Below are positions 27,291 to 40,162 of a stretch of DNA of 64,000 nucleotides, piece after piece. The stretch lies in NCBI GenBank assembly GCA_038063055.1, contig JBBTVY010000005.1, forward strand, positions 2,444 through 66,443. The letters are read 5' to 3'. The notes under the pieces are model-generated. The model saw only the letters and a list, made by a program, of their open reading frames with translations. It was not told where the DNA came from and searched no databases. The stretch's first letter is position 1, and each line of letters begins with the position of its first letter. Made by a program: the position numbers and the translations under genes. The stretch is from Patescibacteria group bacterium (GTDB lineage: Bacteria; Patescibacteriota; Minisyncoccia; UBA6257; 2-01-FULL-56-20).

Positions 27291-27755
27291 ATGGTTAAAA
27301 AAGATATTATTATCGCTGCGGCGGCGATTGTCATCGTCGGAGCCGGCTGGCTGTTTTATTCCGGCCAGCGGCAGTTTGTTCAACAGGCAATAACCCAGCA
27401 AACGACGGATGTGTCGGCAAGTGCCGCGCAAGCTAAAAACTTAATAATAGGCCAGTTTAACGTAGCGATGGTGACTTATACCGATAAAGGCTTTTCGCCT
27501 TCGGTCGCTACGATACCAAAAGGAGGGGTGGTTATCTTCGGGAATTTTTCTTCAAAAAATCTGCGAATGGCTTCAAATCCGCACCCCTCGCACGAAGGAT
27601 ATCCGACCACGAACGGCTGCGTCGGAAGCACATTCGATTCATGTAGCAACATTCCTCCAAAAGTTTCCTGGTCGTTTATTTTCAACGTTACCGGCGCCTG
27701 GGGTTATCACAATCATTTAAATCCGGGCATGAGCGGGATAGTTGTGGTTGAATAG
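27291..27755 (+). CDS. Membrane-anchored cupredoxin-like protein
   Basis: GFSPSVATI, ASNPHPSH, WGYHNHLNPGMSGIVVV. Confidence 0.7.
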   Translation: MVKKDIIIAAAAIVIVGAGWLFYSGQRQFVQQAITQQTTDVSASAAQAKNLIIGQFNVAMVTYTDKGFSPSVATIPKGGVVIFGNFSSKNLRMASNPHPSHEGYPTTNGCVGSTFDSCSNIPPKVSWSFIFNVTGAWGYHNHLNPGMSGIVVVE

Positions 27756-27781
27756 CTGATTTTTAAAATTTTTGCGGCAAA

Positions 27782-27815
27782 GAAAAACGTTCCGACATCA
27801 GTCGGAACGTTTTTC
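27782..27815. terminator. Bidirectional intrinsic terminator
   Basis: gaaaaacgttccgac-atca-gtcggaacgtttttc. Confidence 0.9.
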
Positions 27816-27838
27816 ACAATCAAGCTTGTTTATCCTGA

Positions 27839-28285
27839 TTAGCGCGTAATCGAAATGCTCTGTCCGAGTTCGGCCGCCGGCGCGTCAACAGTCACGCGGC
27901 TGGTGCTGCTGGACACAAAAACATTATAGCCCGCGTCGTAATCAGTAACGCTCGTCCAGTGGGCTCCGCTGGCCGACGGGTCGAAAGGCATGCTTGGCAA
28001 GTACGTTGGAACCAGACACCCGGCAATGTCATAAGTGCTTGTGGACATCTTAGTCGTGCTTGACGGAAGCGATCCGGCTGAGCACGTGAAAATTCCCCTG
28101 TTGTCGGCCATATTCTGCCCAATGCCGTTAAGTATGGCGAGAACGTTGGCCTGTCTTTGCGTGTTCCTGGCCTGGGCGAACTGTCTTGCCGGGTTCAAGG
28201 CAACGATAACTATCGCGGCCAGAATGGCGATAATTCCGATTACGACGAGAAGCTCTATCAAAGTAAAACCTTTTCTTGAATTCAT
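27839..28285 (-). CDS. Type IV pilin (probable major pilin)
   Basis: MNSRKG|FTLIELLVVIGII prepilin motif; start reassigned to 28285. Confidence 0.9.
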   Translation of the reverse strand: MNSRKGFTLIELLVVIGIIAILAAIVIVALNPARQFAQARNTQRQANVLAILNGIGQNMADNRGIFTCSAGSLPSSTTKMSTSTYDIAGCLVPTYLPSMPFDPSASGAHWTSVTDYDAGYNVFVSSSTSRVTVDAPAAELGQSISITR

Positions 28286-28369
28286 AAAATTATCGAAATC
28301 TTTTGCGACCTTTTTATTAAGTGAATTATAACAAAAAAGCGGATAATTTTTATCCACAAGCCGCCATTT

Positions 28370-28771
28370 TCAGAAATTCGGCAATTCCTCCCACGATACG
28401 ATGGAAAGAGTGCTGGAATTGACGGCTACGCGAAGATTGGTGAATGAACTTTGAATTTGAGCCTGCGTCGAAATTACCTTCTGGGCCGTGCCGCTCGCGA
28501 CCACGGAAATTATCCGGCATGTGTCGCTCGCGACCGCGATTGTTTCGTTTCCGGAGTAAGAAGGATTCTGGGCGAGATTGAAAAAGGTTTTCTGGACGCA
28601 AGCCCTGGCAAGCGAATAACTCATTTCCTTGAAAGAACCCGTTGAAATGTTCAATCTGGCCAAAAAAGAACCCATGCTGATTACCAAAACAATCACGAAG
28701 AGCATAATGCTGATGAGAATTGCGGCGGTCACGGCGATATAACCTTTTTTGTTTTTTAAAAAATAAATCAC
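28370..28771 (-). CDS. PilX-like minor pilin
   Basis: KKG|YIAV hydrophobic N-terminus lacking E5; ends SWEE. Confidence 0.65.
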   Translation of the reverse strand: MIYFLKNKKGYIAVTAAILISIMLFVIVLVISMGSFLARLNISTGSFKEMSYSLARACVQKTFFNLAQNPSYSGNETIAVASDTCRIISVVASGTAQKVISTQAQIQSSFTNLRVAVNSSTLSIVSWEELPNF

Positions 28772-29304
28772 GGCAAGTAGATGGTGTTTTGGAGAGTTGT
28801 CGAAGCTTTTCTGATGTTTTCCGAAGTGGAAGCGACAATTGATATTGAAATCCGGACTGCCTCCGTTTGCGAACCGGACGGCGGAAAATGAGAAAAAAGC
28901 AGCTGGCTTACCGTCACGCTGCCGTTGGTCAGAGAAACAGGGGTTCCTGCGGCGCGGCTCAGCCGCGCCGTTCCCGAATACGCGTCGAACGTCAACGGAT
29001 TTTGCGAAAAGCCGTATTTATTCAAAGTCAAAACAGACGAAGTGGCGCCGACCGCGGGTTGAGAAACGCTTTGCGCGGAAGACAAAGCCCAGGTTATTTT
29101 TCTCATAAGGAAATCCGCTTCCGTCTCGACTTCGCGTCTCGCTCTGTTTTGCGATTCCGAAGAAAGAACCTGATAAAAAATTATTATGGAAAAACCGATT
29201 ACCATTGAGAACAAAGCCGAATAAAGCAAAGTTTCGATAAGAGTAAATCCGGCGGTTGGCGGAAAATTTTTAGCGTAGCCCCGGAGAATCCCGTTTTTTT
29301 TCAT
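28768..29304 (-). CDS. Minor pilin (PilW/PulJ-like)
   Basis: AG|FTLIETLLY. Confidence 0.8.
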   Translation of the reverse strand: MKKNGILRGYAKNFPPTAGFTLIETLLYSALFSMVIGFSIIIFYQVLSSESQNRARREVETEADFLMRKITWALSSAQSVSQPAVGATSSVLTLNKYGFSQNPLTFDAYSGTARLSRAAGTPVSLTNGSVTVSQLLFSHFPPSGSQTEAVRISISIVASTSENIRKASTTLQNTIYLP

Positions 29305-29305
29305 T

Positions 29306-30803
<1,498 letters not shown>

Positions 30804-30804
30804 T

Positions 30805-31278
30805 TCACCAATCTATTCTGCCTTCCGAATTAACGCCGATGTCCAGCGACTTTATGCCGTTTGAAACGGAAATTGTTCCGGAAACGCTGGAGCCGGCGTC
30901 CAATGAAGAAAAGGTCAGCTCGTCCGGCCCGGTGAGATTCATGCCGCCCGTCCTGCTGAATATCTCGTCATAGGCGTTGTTTCTTGACGCATAGGTGTTG
31001 CCCTGGAAAATTACGTAACTTAAAGACAGGCCGAAATACACGCCGTGGTTCGATTGATTAACGTTATTTTGGGCTTCGTTGCGGGCTCTTTTAAGGACGG
31101 CCGCTATTGTTTCCCTTTCTGCCCCCAAAATCTTTTGTCTGTAAAAATCCATGCTGAAAATAAGGCCTAAAGAAAACAAAATGCCCATCAATCCGATGGC
31201 TATTAAAATTTCCCACAAAGTGAATCCCCCGCATAAATTCGTTATGTGGGGGATAAACCCCCTTTTATTCTTATCCAT
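30805..31278 (-). CDS. Minor pilin (FimT/PulH-like) with palindrome inserted at the cleavage site
   Basis: KRG|FIPHITNLCGG|FTLWEIL. Confidence 0.8.
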   Translation of the reverse strand: MDKNKRGFIPHITNLCGGFTLWEILIAIGLMGILFSLGLIFSMDFYRQKILGAERETIAAVLKRARNEAQNNVNQSNHGVYFGLSLSYVIFQGNTYASRNNAYDEIFSRTGGMNLTGPDELTFSSLDAGSSVSGTISVSNGIKSLDIGVNSEGRIDW

Positions 31279-32356
31279 GTACGCCGGAAGTAACTTCATA
31301 AATCGGAGTGATAATCGAAAGAGCCACGAAACCGACGATTATTCCCATAACCAGAAGAAGAAGCGGTTCCAGAAGGCTCGTAAGGTTGCTGACCGTGATT
31401 CCGACTTCCTCGGAGTAGTATTCGGAAAGGTAAAAAAGATTGTCTTCGAGATTACCGGTGCTTTCCCCTATTTCGATGAGGCTTGAAAGAATCACCGGAA
31501 AAAGTTTTTTATCTTTGGAGATAAGGGCAACGAATTGCTCGCCTCGGCCCACGCTGTCGGCGGCATCAAGAAGAATTTTCCGGTAAACAAGATTGTCCAT
31601 CGTATAAGCGGTTACCTTAATGGCTTCAACTATTCTGACTCCGCTTTTCAGAAGCACGCCCATTGTCCTGGTGAAATTGGACATGGCGATGTTTATCGTC
31701 ATGGAAGAAATGACTGGGATGTAAAACAGAAACTTATGGAAAAAATATTTTATCGGCTGAAAGCGTATGGAAATCCTGAAGAGCGCGAAAACCGCCGCGA
31801 AACCGAGCGCCATAATCAACCAATAATTAAGCATGAAGTTGAAGACGGCGATGAGTATTTTTGTCGTCAGCGGCAATTCTATCCTGAGGCTCGAAAATAT
31901 CGGCAGGACTTTCGGGAAAATGGAAAACGTCAGAAGAGCCGTTATGCCGATTGTGGCCAGGAAAATTATTACCGGATAAACCATCGCGGAACGAATTTTA
32001 GTTTTAAGATCCTTGGATTTTTTCATTTCTTCGGACAAGTAAAGAAGATTCTGCGGAAGGGTGCCGCTTTGTTCGCCGATACGCACGATACTTACGAAAA
32101 AATCGTTGAAAATGTTTTTGTGTTTTTCAAGCACCTGCGCCAAAAATTGCCCGTTTTCCACGCCATCCATAAGGTCGCCGATTACCGCGTCCAGCGTTTT
32201 CGACTGGGTTTGCTTTTTCATTATCCTGAGAGCATCCATCAGAGGCAACCCGGCCCTGATGGTAAGGGAAAGATGGCGCGCGAAATTTATCTTTTCCTGG
32301 TCCGAAACGCGGCTGAAAATCCGGCTCCAGAAAAATTTTCCCCGTTTTTTATTCAT
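31271..32356 (-). CDS. pilC: Type IV pilus/T2SS platform protein (PilC/GspF)
   Basis: GEQSGTL, AMVYP, GESTGNLE, LLEPLL. Confidence 0.9.
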   Translation of the reverse strand: MNKKRGKFFWSRIFSRVSDQEKINFARHLSLTIRAGLPLMDALRIMKKQTQSKTLDAVIGDLMDGVENGQFLAQVLEKHKNIFNDFFVSIVRIGEQSGTLPQNLLYLSEEMKKSKDLKTKIRSAMVYPVIIFLATIGITALLTFSIFPKVLPIFSSLRIELPLTTKILIAVFNFMLNYWLIMALGFAAVFALFRISIRFQPIKYFFHKFLFYIPVISSMTINIAMSNFTRTMGVLLKSGVRIVEAIKVTAYTMDNLVYRKILLDAADSVGRGEQFVALISKDKKLFPVILSSLIEIGESTGNLEDNLFYLSEYYSEEVGITVSNLTSLLEPLLLLVMGIIVGFVALSIITPIYEVTSGVHG

Positions 32357-33578
32357 GTATTATTCTCAGAACTTCTTCTATCGTCGTGATTCCCTGTTTC
32401 GCTTTTTCAAGGCCATCTTGCAGCATCGTTGTCATTCCGGCGCGTACGGCTGCCTCCTTTATCTGCTGGGAGCTGGCGCGCGACATTATAAGGTCGCGTA
32501 TTTTTTCGTCTATTTCCAGAACTTCGCGTATGCCTATTCTACCCTCATAACCCGTATTGCCGCATTTATCGCAGCCAACGCCAACATAAAAAGTTTTCGT
32601 GTCGCCGATTTCCGGAATTATCTCTTTAAGGCTGGATAATTCCTCTTTGTTCATTGAGCGCCCGCTTTTACATTTCTGGCAAATAGTTCTGACAAGGCGC
32701 TGACCCATGGCGATGTTGACCGTCGAGGCCGCGAGAAACGGCGGAACACCCATGTCGATGAGGCGCGGAAAAGTAGTGGCGGCGTCGTTGGTGTGAAGAG
32801 TCGAAAGAACAAGGTGTCCGGTTAAAGAAGCGTTGACGGCGATATCGGCCGTTTCCTGGTCGCGGATTTCGCCGACCATAACCACGTTCGGGTCCTGGCG
32901 GAGAATGGAACGGAGGCCGTTGGCGAAGGTCAGCCCGACTTTATTGTCAACCTGAATCTGGGTCGTCCCCTCCAGTGAATATTCAATGGGGTCTTCTATG
33001 GTGATTATGGAAACTTCCGGGCTGTTAAGTTTTTTTAAAATCGTGTAGAGCGTTGTCGTTTTTCCGGAACCGGTCGGGCCGTTGGCGAGAATCATTCCGT
33101 ACGGCTTGGTCATTTCGCGTTTCACTTTTTCCAAATCTTTTTTGGCGAATCCCAAATCTTCAATGCTGAACGAGCTGGTTTCGGCAAGAATTCTGAGAAT
33201 GGCGTTTTCGCCGTAGTAAGTCGGCATTATGGAAACCCGGACATCAACGTTGCCAAATCCCTCTATTTCCACCCTGAAGCGGCCATCCTGCGGCAAAAGA
33301 TGTTCGTCGGTGCGAAGCCCCGACAGAACTTTGATGCGGCTGATAAACTCCTGATGGATGATTTTAGGAATCCCCTTTTCCAAAATGTCGCGGAGTATTC
33401 CGTCTATTCTGAAACGGAGCCGGACGGTTTCCGCCGTCGGTTCTATGTGTATGTCGGAAGCGCGCGAGCTGTAGGCGTATTCTATGAACAAATCTACGAC
33501 TTCAACCACGGAAACATCTTCGGCTTTGCCGGAGAGTTTCTTTTCAATCAACGTCCTGATAGTTTTTATGTCACGCAT
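32349..33578 (-). CDS. pilB: Type IV pilus assembly ATPase (PilB/GspE), short form
   Basis: ASDIHIEP, GPTGSGKTT, LRQDPN, tetra-Cys motif. Confidence 0.9.
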   Translation of the reverse strand: MRDIKTIRTLIEKKLSGKAEDVSVVEVVDLFIEYAYSSRASDIHIEPTAETVRLRFRIDGILRDILEKGIPKIIHQEFISRIKVLSGLRTDEHLLPQDGRFRVEIEGFGNVDVRVSIMPTYYGENAILRILAETSSFSIEDLGFAKKDLEKVKREMTKPYGMILANGPTGSGKTTTLYTILKKLNSPEVSIITIEDPIEYSLEGTTQIQVDNKVGLTFANGLRSILRQDPNVVMVGEIRDQETADIAVNASLTGHLVLSTLHTNDAATTFPRLIDMGVPPFLAASTVNIAMGQRLVRTICQKCKSGRSMNKEELSSLKEIIPEIGDTKTFYVGVGCDKCGNTGYEGRIGIREVLEIDEKIRDLIMSRASSQQIKEAAVRAGMTTMLQDGLEKAKQGITTIEEVLRIIHE

Positions 33579-33616
33579 TGGATTTTGTTAAGTTTATTAT
33601 AACACACAAAGAGGAC

Positions 33617-33642
33617 AAAAAGAGCCCGATGTCGGGGCTTTT
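33617..33642 (-). terminator. Intrinsic terminator after ftsX
   Basis: aaaaagagcccgat/gtcggggctttt hairpin with T tract. Confidence 0.6.
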
Positions 33643-33672
33643 TAAAAATTCGACGCGATTTTGGCGGCAAAA

Positions 33673-34581
33673 TCAGTTTTTAAGATAGCGCCTTACCGCT
33701 ATGAAACTCGAAAGTCCGCCTATCACGGCCGCGAGAAGAACCTGGTACATCGTCAGCCTAAAAACGCTTGAAGCAAAATAATTGAAAACATTAAGCTGCG
33801 GTATGAAGGAATTAAGATATGGCGAAGCCAAATAAATAATCGGCGCTGAAATTATCACGCTGGAAAGCGCGGCTATGACTCCGCCGACCACTCCCTCGAC
33901 TATATACGGACCGCGCACGAGGCCGTTGGAAGCCCCGACCGACCGCATTATGCCTATTTCATCGCGGTTCGAATATATGGCCAGGCGTATCGTGTTGAAA
34001 ACGACAAGTCCGGCCACCAGCGCTATGGTTATCGTCAAAACGATTCCGCCGCGGCTGACGTTCTGGATAATGGCGTTAAGCCTTTCTATAGCCAGCTGGT
34101 TTTTGGCGTAGCTGACGCTGTCCACGAATTTTTTCAAATCGGGAGCGTTGAAATAATCCGCGATAGCCGCGTACTGGTTCGGCTTCTTCGCCCTTATATT
34201 AAGAGAGGCCTCCAATGGATTGCTGTTAAGTTCGCTGATGGCCTGACTGATGGTCTGGTCGTCGCTGTGCTTGCTTTTGAAAATCTCCAGCGCCTGGTCG
34301 CTCGACACGTATTCGACGTTTTTAACTTCCGCCATGTTTTCAAGCGAATTTTTTATGTTAAGTATCTCGTCTTCCGGCGCGTTGGTTTTGAAATAAACGC
34401 TGATGTCTATTTTGTCCTGAATGGAAACCAGCGCCTCCTGCGTCACAAAATTGAAAATAATCAAGCCCATCGAGACGAGCAGCGCCAAAATCATGATTGC
34501 GACCGTGGCCGCGGACAGCCAGCCGTTCCTCCAGAAGTTTTTCATCCCGTATTGAAATATTCTTGAAATGACAGTGAACAT
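33673..34581 (-). CDS. ftsX: Cell division permease FtsX
   Basis: NPL, FNTIRLAIYS, EIGIMRSVGA; downstream of ftsE. Confidence 0.92.
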   Translation of the reverse strand: MFTVISRIFQYGMKNFWRNGWLSAATVAIMILALLVSMGLIIFNFVTQEALVSIQDKIDISVYFKTNAPEDEILNIKNSLENMAEVKNVEYVSSDQALEIFKSKHSDDQTISQAISELNSNPLEASLNIRAKKPNQYAAIADYFNAPDLKKFVDSVSYAKNQLAIERLNAIIQNVSRGGIVLTITIALVAGLVVFNTIRLAIYSNRDEIGIMRSVGASNGLVRGPYIVEGVVGGVIAALSSVIISAPIIYLASPYLNSFIPQLNVFNYFASSVFRLTMYQVLLAAVIGGLSSFIAVRRYLKN

Positions 34582-34630
34582 TAATTTAACAATTAGTTAA
34601 TTGAGCAATTGCGCAATTGCTTCTCTTTTA

Positions 34631-35314
34631 TTATACCAATATGTATTTTCCTTTTTCCTCGTCCCTTATTATTCTGCCTCTGTCTATCGTCACGACGCGC
34701 TTGCCGAGGTCGTTGATTATGTCTTTGTCGTGGGTCGCGAGAATCAGCGTCGTCCCGAGTTCATTTATCTTCTTCAGAAGCGCGATAATTTCGGATGTGT
34801 GAAAAGGGTCGAGATTTCCCGTCGGCTCGTCGGCGATGATAACTTCAGGCCGGTTGACCATGGCGCGCGCGATGGCGACCCTCTGCTGTTCGCCGCCTGA
34901 AAGTTCGTGCGGGAAGTTTTTAAACTTGTCGCTGAGGCCGACCATCTCGAGAACCTGCGGCACCATTTCTTTTATTTCGCTCTGCAGCCTGCCTGCGGCT
35001 TCCATGGCGAAAGCGACGTTTTCGTAGGTATTCTTGTTTGACAAAAGCCGGAAATCCTGGAAGACGACTCCGATATGACGCCTGAAAAGCGGAAGTTTAT
35101 GGTCGTCAAGTTTGTTCACTTCGTACTGTCCGAAAAATATGCGGCCGCGAGTCGGTTTTTCTTCGCCTATCAATAGCTTGATGGCTGTGGATTTTCCGGC
35201 CCCGGAACGTCCAACTAAACAAACAAATTCCCCCGGATTTATCCTGAGATTGAAGTCTTCAAGGGCCACCGAGTGGCTGTTATAGATTTTAAATATCGAT
35301 TGAAAGGCAATCAT
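34631..35314 (-). CDS. ftsE: Cell division ATP-binding protein FtsE
   Basis: [34 protein letters not shown]. Confidence 0.93.
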   Translation of the reverse strand: MIAFQSIFKIYNSHSVALEDFNLRINPGEFVCLVGRSGAGKSTAIKLLIGEEKPTRGRIFFGQYEVNKLDDHKLPLFRRHIGVVFQDFRLLSNKNTYENVAFAMEAAGRLQSEIKEMVPQVLEMVGLSDKFKNFPHELSGGEQQRVAIARAMVNRPEVIIADEPTGNLDPFHTSEIIALLKKINELGTTLILATHDKDIINDLGKRVVTIDRGRIIRDEEKGKYILV

Positions 35315-35405
35315 AATGGGCGAGAATCTAGAAGCTAGAAAATGGAATCTAGAAACGATTTAACTCTCGTATTATAACCTAATTCAGATAAATTTATCAA
35401 CTTGA

Positions 35406-36459
35406 TTACAATTTTTCCACTTCTGCCTCGATAAAAACGTCTAAATTGCCGTTTAGCACTTCGTCCACCTGCGTCGTTTCGGCCTCCGTCCTGTGGTCTT
35501 TTACGAGCTTATACGGATTCATCACATAAGAGCGTATCTGGCTGCCCCATTCGGGTTTGACGTTGACGCGGAGGTTGGCCAGTTCTTCAACCTTGTGCTT
35601 TTCCATAAGTTGCGAGAGTTTGGATTTCAATAAGCTCAAGGCGCGCTGGCGGTTTTGTTCCTGCGAGCGTTCCGCGCGCGAACCAGCCGACAATCCCGTC
35701 GGAATATGGACTATTCTGACGGCGGTTTCAACTTTGTTGACGTTCTGTCCGCCTGGGCCCCCGGAACGTGAAAATTCCAGCTTCAAATCCTTTTCAGGAA
35801 TTTCTATTTTAGATTCTTCCACCGCGGGAAGTTCAGGCGTCACTTCAACCAGAGCGAAAGAAGTGTGCCGCAATTGTTTTGACGAAAACGGCGAAACTCT
35901 TACCAGCCGGTGGACGCCTGATTCGCCTTTCAAATATCCGAAAGCGTACTCCCCTTTTATTTCGAGCGTCCGCCGATTCGGCGTGTCGTCCAAAACTTCG
36001 GCTTTCCATCCGCGCCTGACCGCGTAGCTCTTGTACATATCAAAAAGCATCAAAGCCCAGTCGCCGGCGTCCTCTCCTCCCGCGCCGGGATAAACCGAGA
36101 CTACCGCCGTTTCTTTGTCGTACTTGCCCTTGAAAAGTTCCACGAGTTCCAGCTGCCTGAATTTTCTTTTGGCTTCGTGAAATTTATTTATGGTAAGCGG
36201 AGTCGAACCACTTTTGTTCAATTCCTTCTCGAGTTCTTCGATTAAATTTTCCACTTCGCGGTGACGCTTTATCAAAGCATCGAGCTCGCCGAAAGTTTTT
36301 ATTTTTTCGTCCGCCGTTTGCCTGTTCAGCCAAAAATCAGGCCGCGACATTCCGGCTTCGATTTCGTTCTTCAGTTTTTCTTTTCCGGCGACGTCAAAGC
36401 CGGCCGCCTAAACGGCGGCATTCGGTTTTAAGCTCCTGTAATTCTTGTTTGATATCCAT
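35406..36459 (-). CDS. prfB: Peptide chain release factor 2, programmed +1 frameshift
   Basis: [21 protein letters not shown] then CTT TGA C (36393-36399); +1 frame continues DVAGKEK...MSRPDFW; SPF and GGQ motifs. Confidence 0.93.
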
Positions 36460-36466
36460 GGGGAGA

Positions 36467-36712
36467 TTATAGTTCTTTTTTAATTTGATTCCAATCAACT
36501 TCGCTTATCTCTTCTAATTCTTTGAGTACATATTTTAAAGTTTGTTTGGGCAGATAAAAAGGAATAGTTACGGATTTCTGATTTCTCGGCCATATTGCTT
36601 TAAAATGGCTTCCGTTTCCGCCAACTTTATTAATTTCAAAACCTACCCTTTGCAGGGCTTTACAAAAACGATTCTGCTTAATTTCTCCAGGTAATTCACT
36701 AAGCGAGGGCAT
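36467..36712 (-). CDS. HicA-like toxin
   Basis: ALQRVGFE...GSH...VTIP pattern. Confidence 0.7.
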   Translation of the reverse strand: MPSLSELPGEIKQNRFCKALQRVGFEINKVGGNGSHFKAIWPRNQKSVTIPFYLPKQTLKYVLKELEEISEVDWNQIKKEL

Positions 36713-37025
36713 AGGCGTTCTGCCGTTCCCCTTCCCTAATTATTGCTGCCTCTTTTTTGTAAGAAGAAGGAACTTCGAATGAAGTCAAAATCGCATCTCT
36801 CACGTTTTTATCGAGTTCTTCCAAATTACGCCCATGGGCAATTATGCTGCCGTATTTAAAATTAGTACTAACAGAAACTATAAGACCATCGTCTTTATGA
36901 TTTTTGAATTCAATCGCGCCATACTGCCTGAAATATTTATTAAGCTCATAAAGCCCGCTGGGAACGACCGCCTTCCCCAACAAAACCTTTATCGCCTTGT
37001 CTTTTGCTACTTTAATTAAGTTCAT
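36699..37025 (-). CDS. HicB-like antitoxin (no evident DNA-binding domain)
   Basis: IIAHGRNLEELDKNVRDAI motif; overlaps the HicA-like gene. Confidence 0.6.
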   Translation of the reverse strand: MNLIKVAKDKAIKVLLGKAVVPSGLYELNKYFRQYGAIEFKNHKDDGLIVSVSTNFKYGSIIAHGRNLEELDKNVRDAILTSFEVPSSYKKEAAIIREGERQNAYALA

Positions 37026-37235
37026 TTATGGTGAGCTATGTCGAACTATTAGATGCTCTTTAATACGACCTAATTTAATATATGTCAATGCAATTTCTAT
37101 TTATTTTAAATTATAGCATATTCTATTCGCTTAGTCCTTGCTTGAGGTCCATGGGGAGATTATACATAAATTGTTGGATTTTGAAAGTTATAAAAATGAA
37201 GCAGGCATTGCCGAGTTCAGATATCTCGGTCAGAT

Positions 37236-37994
37236 TTAATTTTGAACCTTATAATCGTGGATGACGGCATCATCTGGCAAGGAAGAAATATCAAAGCCCG
37301 CTTCATTATAAGTTATAATTCTTTGTAGTTCTGTTTTATCAATGGGCTTTTTTTGGATTATTTTTCCAAAAATAATGCAGTTTGGATGCCAAACTCCCGG
37401 ATCACCATTTGTCACTTGTAAATGTAGGGCGATGGCGTGGTGATTTTTTTCAGCTTTTACGGTTTTGACAGCGATGCTCTGAGGCAAAATTTCTGATACT
37501 CTAGTAAAATCAAGTTCTACCGAAAGCTCGTAAAAACTGATTTGTGGGCATTGCACACTTTCCCATTCGAAAATTATCAAATCCTCACTTTCCCTTTTTG
37601 TTGCCAAATTATATTTAGGCAGATATTCACGTGGAGCTGGGGTAAAAACACAATGCAGGCGAAACCCATGCTCGTTAAATGGTTGAGGCTCGACTTCTTC
37701 TATCAGGTGTTCTTCCTTGCTTCCAATGCTTCTCCTTTTTAAATAAAGACGTTTTGGGTGAATAGAAAGGTGAATTTCCTCACCATTTTCGACTACCCGT
37801 TTTTTTAATTTGTTTGTAGAAAAATCGCCGAAAGATCTCAATAAATGAAACGGTTCAGCAACGTCGAGCGGAGTTTTTTCGTCTGCGAGATGGTTATATA
37901 AGAAATAACTTCCGTCCTTTCCTGAATAAAAAATGGACAAAAACTTGTAATAATCTTTTTTGGTTTTTAGGAGAACGATTATTCTTTTTCTCAT
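37236..37994 (-). CDS. Hypothetical protein (252 aa, AT-rich)
   Basis: Long ORF next to tRNA-Ile; no recognised motif. Confidence 0.7.
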   Translation of the reverse strand: MRKRIIVLLKTKKDYYKFLSIFYSGKDGSYFLYNHLADEKTPLDVAEPFHLLRSFGDFSTNKLKKRVVENGEEIHLSIHPKRLYLKRRSIGSKEEHLIEEVEPQPFNEHGFRLHCVFTPAPREYLPKYNLATKRESEDLIIFEWESVQCPQISFYELSVELDFTRVSEILPQSIAVKTVKAEKNHHAIALHLQVTNGDPGVWHPNCIIFGKIIQKKPIDKTELQRIITYNEAGFDISSLPDDAVIHDYKVQN

Positions 37995-38061
37995 AATAGT
38001 AGCATGGTCAGTTTCATAATATCCTAGAGTGGAAATGGTATCTCGATGAAAATATCGTTTG

Positions 38062-38134
38062 TGGGCCAGGAAGGACTCGAACCTTCGATCCTCAAGGTAT
38101 AAGCTTGATGCTTTAGCCGCTAAGCTACTGGCCC
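38062..38134 (-). tRNA. tRNA-Ile (UAU)
   Basis: GGGCCAG/CTGGCCC acceptor stem, TCAAG-CTTATAC-CTTGA anticodon arm, GGTTCGAGTCC T arm. Confidence 0.88.
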
Positions 38135-38144
38135 AAAACTGAGA

Positions 38145-39980
<1,836 letters not shown>

Positions 39981-40162
39981 TTATTTAAAAAGTTTGGGTT
40001 AAATGAAACAGTAAGATTTTAACTTAATTTATGGACGCCGTCAAAAAAAGCAGTAGTCCGCTCCGGGCGGATCACTTATCGGAAAAAACAATGGCTCTTC
40101 GCGGAAAACTTCCCGCGAAGAGCCGGAACATACTGGCGCCCCAAACAGGTAAAGGGCTTGCC

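Noticed and set aside
35406-36459. prfB as a truncated gene or pseudogene
   Set aside because: The break is the canonical CTT TGA C programmed frameshift.
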